Shown here: piece after piece, positions 11,450 to 20,000 of the stretch
How the letters are laid out: each line of letters starts with the position of its first letter
Numbering within the stretch: position 1 is the stretch's first letter
Origin: Folioceros fuciformis
Taxonomy: Eukaryota
DNA: 20,000 nt
Assembly (NCBI GenBank): GCA_049999805.1
Contig: JBNGIO010005394.1
Coordinates: forward strand, 89,295 to 109,294
Reading direction: 5' to 3'
The notes under the pieces: model-generated
Database searches by the model: none
What the model saw: the letters and a program-made list of their open reading frames with translations, nothing else
What the model was told of the DNA's origin: nothing
Made by a program: the position numbers and the translations under genes

Positions 11450-12134
11450 TCCGAAGTGTGTATGATTCCACAAGAAAGGCCCAACAGAAATGAACGCGAA
11501 CAAGCATGAAACTAAGAGCTGTGGAGAGAGAAGGAAGAGAGAGGTAATTGATCAACCAAGCCAAAACCCAACCCGAAACTCCAATACCTACCACTAATCA
11601 TGTTCCATAAGCAAGCGAACCTAGCCCCACCTACTTTTTTTGGGTGGCCGGGTAGTTCTCGTTTTGTCATTTAGCGTAGCCCAGGCCCGAGTCCAAGCTC
11701 ACACGAAACCACCCTTAGCTTGGCTCTTGCCTCTTTTTTCTTCATCAGAATTATTCATAACTTGGAATGGGGAAGGGTCTTTCTTTTTGAGGTATATGGA
11801 TTTCTATTTGTTTCTTATAATAAAGTCTCTACAATTCTAAGTAGTTTCTCTTTCTTCCCTCCTCTTTCTCTTCTTACCCTCTTCTTAAAATCGCATGTCA
11901 TAGTTTCCCATCATACCCCTCTAATGTCAAAGGAGATTTTAGACCCAAGCAACTAGGATTGTCCTATTGACTGTAGCAATTATGCACTTATGGAAATGCT
12001 TTGTTAATTTGTAAGTTGTGTATATGGCAATGTTGCAATTAACCAATCCACGCCCAACAAAAGTCTTTGTATGAAGATGCAACAAAAGTCTTCACTTAAA
12101 GATGTTGTCAATGGCAATCTAACTTGCTACACTT

Positions 12135-13330
12135 AGAGATCATCAGTTCCTCATCCAAATTGACTTTGTGTAGGGTTATTAAAGCCCAATGTGCCTAGAC
12201 TAATGTGTTTAGTCTAAGATTAGTGTCTAGTTAAGTACCATTAGTCTAGATTAGCTTAAGCTAATCTATAGGAAGCTTCTTGCGCAGCTTCCTGTGCGCT
12301 TCTTGTGAAGCCTCCTAGGGAGCTCTTCTAGAGGGTATAAATACCCTCTTGAGCTCCCTTTCTATTGTGACTCTATTGTGAGAGTGTGACCTCTTTTTCT
12401 CCTCCTCCTCTCCTCTTCTTCACTATGTAGCTCCTAGAGCGTTCCTTCACTTTGAACACACCTAGGTCTAGCTAGTCAAAATGCACAAATTTTCATGGCC
12501 AAAGTGTCATAAATGACAAACTTTCTAGCTGGTTAACCTTGGCCCTACAATAAAAGGGTTTTGAAGGGCTTTACTTTCAATCAAGACTTGGTGTATAAGT
12601 CACCCAATGCTCATCCTAAAGCTAGCTTAAACATGGAGAAATTTGAAGCAAGTCAATATACCAACCCTCTTTCACTTCTTATGAACCCATTTTAGACAAT
12701 TTTTTGACACTAATGAAATAACATGATTTGAAGGTGGGTTAAATTTCAAGGCCTCGTGGCCAAGCTTATTGAAAATAATGAATTGGGCTTCCATTGGACA
12801 CAATAGGCCACAAACAGGAGTATTGTGCTTGTATGAAAATAATCAATAGTGAAAATTTCATAGCCTTGTAGCTAGGCTTATCAAATGTAATGAATTATGG
12901 TTACATTAGACATGGCTAGTCACATACAAGAGATGGGGGGTGGCATGCCAACATCTGAAGAAATCCCAAGTGATTCCTACTCTATGATTATCTTAGTATT
13001 TTATAGAGTTAAAGAAATTATAATGCACAACTCAAAAGTACATGCTTTGGTTATGTACCTAGCCCATTTGATGAGGTTAAATTGAACTCCACACTTATTC
13101 AAATTGAGTAGATATACAAACCTAGCACTTGGACTGGGCATTTAGTTCCACAACAATCGCACAATTCCTAATTTCCCACAAAGAATCTCTTTTGGGTGGC
13201 TGTGGTGGTCATAGTACTAAAGCTAAGGTTACATGGTGTATGCTTGCATCATGTAAAATAATTAAAAAGAAAAAGTGCAGAATCCTAGTCCACCATAACT
13301 TGGAACCATGAAACACATCTTAATTAGACA
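12135..13330 (+). pseudogene. Highly decayed non-LTR (L1/Tx1-like) reverse transcriptase fragment, interrupted by the solo LTR
   Basis: Colinear weak motifs: SVINDKLSSWLTL (~12503, INGxxSxxFxL-like), SQYTN (~12654; TATACCAAC could derive from Y-A-D TATGCCGAC by G>A), and WAFSSTTIAQ...LLGGCGGHSTKAKVTWCML (13135-13245, FLWGG...AKVxW-like). Many stops and frameshifts; recognised from memory of the family only. Confidence 0.4.
12169..12449 (+). mobile_element. Solo LTR (281 bp) of an LTR retrotransposon
   Basis: Starts TGTAGG and ends CCTTCA (TG..CA, imperfect short inverted repeat). Exact 5-bp TSD CTTTG at 12164-12168 and 12450-12454. Internal TATAAATA at 12336-12343 followed by a pyrimidine-rich R/U5-like tract. 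Confidence 0.75.
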
Positions 13331-14407
13331 AAACTTTGGACACAAAAGACACATGGAAATTATAGCTTAGCAATTGCAATAGTTGGCCCTATAGCATATC
13401 CACCTCGTCAGTCTAGGGCATGCAGTCAACAACTACAATAGTTGCTCCAATGTCACCTCATACTATATTGTGTTACATATTGTTAATGTAATCCAGCATG
13501 CCAACATTCCCTTATTATAAGCAATAGAGGACCCCAACTGGTTGAGCTTAGAAAGGGTGTCATTCACAACCTAGCCTATGAATGATGTCGACAACTTCTG
13601 CCCACAATCATTGGGAGTGTGTTGGCAAGCTAGTGCTCTCCTCATAGCTGGCAAGCTAGAGCCCTTCCCCCACCCTCTTGTTGGCAGGGTGCTAGTTGGG
13701 CTTCTTTCTTTCAAAAGTGTAAAACTTTTATAATTGAATTTGTTTGATGTCAAATAGCCTTGTTTGAGGTCATAGGTTGGAACCAAACCAAATATGGAAG
13801 ACCATCATTTTGCATCAAAACTTCTTGTTAACATATTAGAGGAGGGCTCAATGAGCCTAGGGGGTATCTAGGTTCTCATTCATGTGTATTGAAGTAGCAA
13901 TTTGTAGTCTACCACAGAAGCCTATTACTACGTGGTGGAGATACTTGCTACTTTGCAACTCAATTATTATCTTCCTTCTACAATGAATCACTCCTTAAAG
14001 TGTCTAGAAAAAGGTTTTATGCTCTTGTAACCCCAATAGAAGTATGTCATACCACATTGTAATGATGGACATAAAAAGACCGCAATTTGTGCACATAGAC
14101 ATTTGGTCTATGTAGCCATGTAAGCCCCGCATAATTCATTGTGTATGACTATAGATCAAAAAAGGGAATTTCAAATCCTCATATTGTAATTGTTTCAAAG
14201 AAATCTATTTTAAAGAAAAGTATGCAATCTTTAAAATGGTAATGGACACCAATAAATGTAGAGAGGAAAGGCTAGATATAGTTGGAGGTGTCCTTGAAAA
14301 TGTGGGAGATGAGTTGTTGAGAGAAGAGGGAAGGGGTTGACGCATGTGGTCATGCGAAGTCCACTTTGTCTAAGTCTTGATTGTCACTTCATGTGTAACA
14401 TTGTTTT

Positions 14408-14827
14408 TAGTCAGGCCATAAAAGGATGCTTGCATGCTAGTTAGGCCAGAAAAGGATGCGTGCATCTTGGTCATGCCATAAAAGGACACGGACATGCTAG
14501 TTAGGCCAGAAAAGGATGCCTGCATCTTGGTCATGCCATAAAAGGATATTGACATGCTAATTAGGCCAGAAAAGGATGCCTGCATCTTGGTCATGCCATA
14601 AAAGGACATTGACATGCTTGTTAGGCCAGAAAAGGATGCTTGCATCTTGGTCATGCCATAAAAGGACACTAACATACTAGTTAGGCCATAAAAGGACGCA
14701 GAAATGCTAGTCAAGACATAAAAGGATGCATGCGTCCTGGTCATGCTCTAAAAGGACACTGACATGTTAGTCATGCCATAAAAAGATGCCAGCATGCTAG
14801 TCAAGCCATCAAAGAATGCCGGCATGT
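14408..14827. repeat. Minisatellite: 14 copies of a 30-bp unit with a 60-bp A/B higher-order alternation
   Basis: Unit A tagttaggccagaaaaggatgcNtgcatct alternates with unit B tggtcatgccataaaaggacaNtgacatgc from 14438 to 14677. Outer units are mixed. No indels across the array. Confidence 0.95.
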
Positions 14828-14972
14828 TGTTAGCCTTGCACTAAGATTTTCACATACATTAACTTACTTAGGAAATTGGCGATCTACCAGTAAACTGTGT
14901 ATCTTGTTGGAGAAAATGTTTTCACCAATAAGAGCATTTCACATTTTAGTGACCCATATATGATCTCATTTG

Positions 14973-15110
14973 TAAACAAACAAAACACCCTACTATGACA
15001 GAAACTCATGACTTTATTCATGCATATTCTGATACATTAAACAAAAAAAATACCCTACAGTGACATGCATACTCTAATATATTAAACAAAGAGAATACCC
15101 TACTATGACA
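14973..15110 (+). repeat. 45-bp tandem repeat (2 full copies plus 1 partial upstream copy)
   Basis: catgcatattctgatacattaaacaaaaaaaataccctacagtga (15019-15063), catgcatactctaatatattaaacaaagagaataccctactatga (15064-15108), and partial taaacaaacaaaacaccctactatgaca (14973-15000). Confidence 0.85.
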
Positions 15111-15352
15111 AAAACTTAATTGAATAACAAGGTCTAGTCAAAACGGTCGGATTCCACAAAGCTCGTTTGGCACATTTTATTGTGAGTATTATCCTAGCTT
15201 TGTACTTGCTTTTTACCATTTTTTGAAAAAGTTATGTGCGTGGACATGTCTACATTGATTATTTGTCACTTATTTTATTTATTTATAGTAAGCGATGCTT
15301 CAACTTCTTAATTTTAAAATAGAAAACCAAAATATGTTCAGTAGGCTGTAAG

Positions 15353-16598
15353 GAGTGCCCTGACCTACCGGCGTACTCTTGTAATAGCATTGACAACCTT
15401 GTGTCATAAACCCTGGAATGATGTATATACTGAATGTTAACACTTAAATAATTTTTTCATACCTTAGGACTAACATCATATTTCATTGTTCAAGATTGTT
15501 TAAACAGGATTTTCACACATACACAGGGTCATCCAAATTCGCTTCAAAATCCACTACAACGTCTAAGTCTTCGAGACGTTGAGCATCCATGTATTTAAAA
15601 TCATCTTGGAGATGGTCGGCACCGGATGATCGTATTCCACAAAGCTCATTTGGTACATTTTGGATATGATATCCCAAATAGTTATCCATTTTTAATCATG
15701 TTTCCCAAAAACTAGGCTAGCTTGACATATCTATTTTTCCAATTAAATAATAAGGACTTTGCTATGGCTACTACCTTCTGCCTATTCAAATAATGATTTT
15801 CTTGTTTTCCTTTGAAGATGCAGCGGTAGATAAGTGCACTCACTCAACAATAACAGTAAAACATCCTGTGATTTATTAACTCAATGATGTTTTGAAATAC
15901 ACTTAATGTGTTCCACATTTAACCACAGATGAACGTTGTTTCTAAAAACTACGATACAAGTTCACTTATACCAATCATATTGAAAAAACTATTTTCATAC
16001 GAAGGAGTGTACCAGCAAACTGACGCACTCCTTTCATTTTTTTCATTTTTTCATGAGATTGAAAAATATTCACTCATATTTTCATATAAAAGAGTGCGTC
16101 TTGTATCATAACGTGGCGCCAACTTCTAAACCATTCCCCATCTATGTATAACCCAATGTTATTGATAATCTATATTGATGGTAAAAAAATGCATGGGCCT
16201 TTGATGTTAGTGCAGAGTGCACTGGTTTACCAGCACACTCTTGAAGGAAATGTCCGAAATCAAGAACCATGGAACATTGACACTGTACTTCTAATGCAGA
16301 TTTGTAATTTTATTAAGGCATGTGTCAGCAACCTAATTCAGAAAGAACTATACGTCCCGAAACGCGACCGGAAAACACTTCCGCCTGAAAATGACGAAGT
16401 CTTGTTAGACGTTTAGATCAAACTATTTAGTGAAAACTAATATAATCTCTTTCGTTGTGAAAGGATGTCCAGTTCAGCTTTTCATTCACATGTAATGAGA
16501 ATAGGGCATTGTGCGCTGATATACCGATGCACATATCATGCTCGTGCGTCAGTCTATAGGCGCACTATGAGATAGTGCACTGGTTGACTGGCGCACTA
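15353..16598. repeat. Dispersed family of 26-bp interrupted palindromes (11-4-11), consensus ~GAGTGCGCCGG-N4-CCGGCGCACTC
   Basis: Copies at 15353-15378, 16005-16030, 16215-16240, 16509-16534, 16542-16567 and 16573-16598, plus a half-site at 16092-16102. Confidence 0.8.
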
Positions 16599-18129
16599 TC
16601 ATGCTACAATTGATTGGAAAGAAAGGTAGATACACTAGTATGATGATTTGTGTGAAACGACCCGAACAGGAAAATGGATAAATCAAACACTCATGATTAA
16701 ATATGAAATCGGACAAAATTCAAACGACATGATACTCGCCAGATTACTATGTTTAGTCATGGTTTTCTATTTATGGACACCTGCAAATCCACATATATTG
16801 ACACAATACATGATGTATGCGCTATTACGCGACATGTTGTTTTTGCACATTTACTCATCACCGGAAATAAACGCACATAAATGTGGATGCATGACATGAC
16901 ATTTAAACCTCCAGCATGACAAAGCCCGAAATGGCAAAATTCGACCATTTTGATCAGACCATGTATTTGATATATCACAATCACATGTTAGCATGGTGGT
17001 GTGTTGAGGTTGTATGCATATTGCTCCAACTTTAGCAAGCATGGTGCTGCAACTTCAAGGTCCATACATGTCGCTACAACTTCACCATGCCATTACAATG
17101 GGTGCCATCATGCTAGAGCCCATAATAAGACAGTTTGCTACAATGCTGGCCTCTCTTCGCCTAAATCTCAAGGGATTTTGTTTAAAGAAAATATTTGAGC
17201 TATTATGACACAGATTAACCTTATACATCTACAAAGGTAGGAGAATTAAACAAATGAGAACTGACCCTATGCCTCTAGAGAGTACCCAAGAGTATCTCCA
17301 TAGAGTTTCAAGGATTTGCTAACCATGCAAACTAAAAATGCTATCTACCTTGCTTTGAAAGTTATCTTGAAAATTGTGTTTTCCAATGTTCTTTGCTAAT
17401 CAATTGATACTTTGTTCTATAGTTGTTGTCTTCAGGTAAAGGATATCCATCCTTCTACAAAGAGCATTTGAATAATAAGGTGTAAGAGTATAAAGTAAGT
17501 GCACTTGAAGCAACTTCTTTAGGTCTAATGAAGTTCTTTGACTATGAAGTTCGGAGCTCTAATGTTAGGTAGGCCCTTTCACTTTCATGATTATGAAGTT
17601 CTCCCACTAGTTGGTGCTTTTGACATGCATGATCACAAAGGCTAGTCCCCCTAGTTCAAGGGCCCTTCATTGGGTTGTCCTCCCCTCTTTTAGGGGTATA
17701 TGGGTTTCCATCCCTTCTTTTATAATAAAGTCTCATTCTTGCTAAAAAAACACCAAAGTTGCAATAATAACACATTTTTTACAAGCACCTAAAGAGCCCA
17801 AGGCTAGGTTGACTTATGTAATCTCTCTTCTTTTAACTCTAGTAAAAAACTTTGATGGATACACTCTTTCATCTTCTAACCATCTAAAATTAATCTAAAT
17901 ACAACCTTCTAATATATATTAACTCAATTTCATTCACCAAGTCTTCCATATTTAAAGCACCTTATCTCAAAGAGCTCTTTAGCTCAAAAGCTTACTACAT
18001 AAGTTCATATTTTGAAATTTTTTCTGAATTACTTAAGCTCACTTAAAAGTAGGTGGAACACATTAAATTTTATTATTTATATGACAACTTCTTTCTCTCC
18101 ATTTAGCTCAAAAGAAGTAATTGTCACAA

Positions 18130-19988
18130 ATGGAGGAATCAAGGGATGCTACCAATGGACGTTGGAAACTAATTCAGTCTTCACCAATGGAAACTAGTTC
18201 TAAAGATAGTAAAGATTTCAAGTACAAATTTGAAGATGGTATGCGAGATATCTTCAACACAAATGTCATGGAAGATAAGGAAAATGATGCAGCTCTTTTG
18301 GATCGTGGCAATAAGAATTCAATAGAACATATGGAAAATGACTTTCCAATTCTGAAAACTGATCAGATTGAGTTGTCGTAAGCCTTTCATATTAAGTTTG
18401 ATTGATGTGAGAACTATGCAAAAGATAAGAAAGACAAATGGTTGATCATATCATGTAAAATCTTGCAGAAAGAATGATCAAGTTGGGTTGAAGGAGATTC
18501 AACATTTGCTTCGTGATGCAACTCCAAACCTTGCAAGTCAATCCTCTGCTAGACTTGGGACTTCACCAAATGCTCGAGCAACCTCGTTGTGTGCACGAGA
18601 AGATGGTACACGTCAATCAAAATCATTCAGTTAAACTATATGATAGAAATGTATGATTTAGTTAACTTTTATCAAAGTTAATGCATTTAGTATTGCAGCT
18701 ATGGAACAAACGTGCTGAAAGATATAATGACACATTCAAGTATAAAGAATTTGCTTTAACTACTTAACTTTCAAGGAATCTTAAGTTACTTAATATAAAA
18801 GATTAATTGATCTATTTTTTCAAACAAAGGCAAACCAGATTTTCCATGTTTTACTATTGCTGAACCTGGAAAAATCTCTTATGTGAAGAATGATGAATGG
18901 GGAGAACAAGTAGATGTATTATCCTTGTTACCGGATGACACAATTATAATGCATGACTCACATGAGATGCTTTTTGCTAATGAAAAGACTACAAGTTCAT
19001 CCCAAATAAAAGAAACTTCCCTAGAATTTGATCATTCCTCCCTTCCTCTTGGTAAGTATACAAATGACTATCTACCTTTCTTTTATTGCTATGAGTTTCA
19101 CTCTTTTAAAGTTTAAAAGTATGAATCAATTACAAGCATGATTCTAAAGCTATAAAGCTTAAAAGTATCAACTAGTGGAGAACATAATTCCATCATATTA
19201 GGTAGACGGAGTCGAAGAGTTCCTATAGCCGGTCGTAGACAGTTTAGTAATGCAACATATCAAACTATAAAACAAGAGAAAACAAATGAATTGAATAGTA
19301 GAACAAGACATGGTTATAGGTATTTTAAACCAATGAAGAACCCAAAATCAAATTATTTGTCATCACCTATTTTGTGAAATATTTTTTATATTTTAATTAT
19401 ATTACATAAAATTAATTCTAACACATTTGATCTACTTTTGTGCTACTTAGTCCACCTTTACAAGTTGAAGCAATTTCAAACCATGAGGTACAATAGCTCA
19501 ATATATGTCTTAAGATTGAATTGCAATTATTGGTACATTGTTGTTTTTTTTTTCAATGCGGAAGACAGTTAATAACTAAGTAATAAAATACTTCTATATG
19601 ACACAGATTAATTTAAGCCCAACTCATAAATGTACAAAGGAGGAACAACATGGGAAACCATGTGAGCAAATATATTTCAATCACTATCCAGCCCAAGTAG
19701 CCCCATTGTTGTTGGCAGAACCACAAGAACATGACCTCAAATTGAAGGAAGAAAAATGTGTGTCACCATATTCTCATAAAGAATCACAGGCATATGACAG
19801 ATTAGATGATGTGACGAAACTAAGAGAAGAGAATCTATCTCTTAAGGAAGTCCTACTAAAACTTGAACGTGACAAACTTAAAGTAGAACAAGATTTCTTT
19901 GAGTTTAGACAAAAGTATGATGTGTTAGACATAGAAAAATTCACTGAAGAAAAAGAAAGCATAGAACTCACCACTAAATCTTTGACAT
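18130..19988 (+). CDS. Spliced protein-coding gene of unknown function with a disordered N-terminus and a coiled-coil exon; probably continues beyond the window
   Basis: ATG at 18130 (acaaATGG). Exons 18130-18377, 18469-18605, 18830-19051, 19166-19319, 19451-19487, 19607-19988 have GT-AG borders, matching phases (2,1,1,2,0) and no internal stop over ~390 codons. The last exon reads LDDVTKLREENLSLKEVLLKLERDKLKVEQDF (heptad-like). Confidence 0.65.
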
Positions 19989-20000
19989 GTGAGTTAACCT

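Larger units (their letters stand above)
8084..11714. mobile_element. PIF/Harbinger DNA transposon, full length (~3.63 kb), inactivated
   Basis: TTA at both flanks (8081-8083 and 11715-11717). Left end GGGCCATTTCGCATGAG versus reverse-complemented right end GGGTGGTTTCGTGTGAG (12/17, mostly transitions), with weaker similarity to ~37 bp. The element contains a DDE transposase and a Myb/SANT ORF, the canonical PIF/Harbinger pair. Confidence 0.82.

Noticed and set aside
14408..14827. CRISPR array
   Set aside because: Units are contiguous 30-mers with no unique spacers, there are no cas genes, and the context is plant nuclear DNA.
14370..14827. Leucine-rich or pentapeptide repeat protein (FDGLTSM / ASFSG look-alikes)
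   Set aside because: The period is 10 aa rather than 20-29, there is no LxxLxLxxN core, and only alternate pentamers fit the pentapeptide consensus.
15552..15560. CACTACAA as a CACTA element terminus
   Set aside because: No partner TIR or 3-bp TSD is visible, and the repeat motifs continue on both sides of it.
18699..18740. Extra exon of the unknown gene after tattgcag
   Set aside because: In the required phase it reaches TGA after five full codons; skipping it keeps the frame open.

Overview
Eukaryotic, intron-rich land-plant DNA. The short 70-200 nt introns and divergent EAF1 suggest a non-seed plant such as a bryophyte or lycophyte (inference). 1-~6.8 kb: the 3' part of a spliced EAF1 gene (NuA4 scaffold; HSA and SANT/Myb domains plus a long Q/P/S-rich tail). 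8084-11714: a complete but pseudogenised two-gene PIF/Harbinger transposon with TTA target-site duplication, degenerate TIRs, a DDE transposase on + and a convergent trihelix Myb/SANT gene on -. ~11.9-14 kb: decayed retroelement debris, including a 281-bp solo LTR with a 5-bp TSD that is probably nested in an old L1-like RT fragment. 14.4-16.6 kb: a 30/60-bp tandem array, 45-bp repeats and a dispersed family of 11-4-11 palindromes. 18130 to the end: a six-exon, phase-consistent, AT-rich gene of unknown function with a coiled-coil exon that the ORF track only shows in fragments. All calls come from reading the sequence by eye; no database searches were run.
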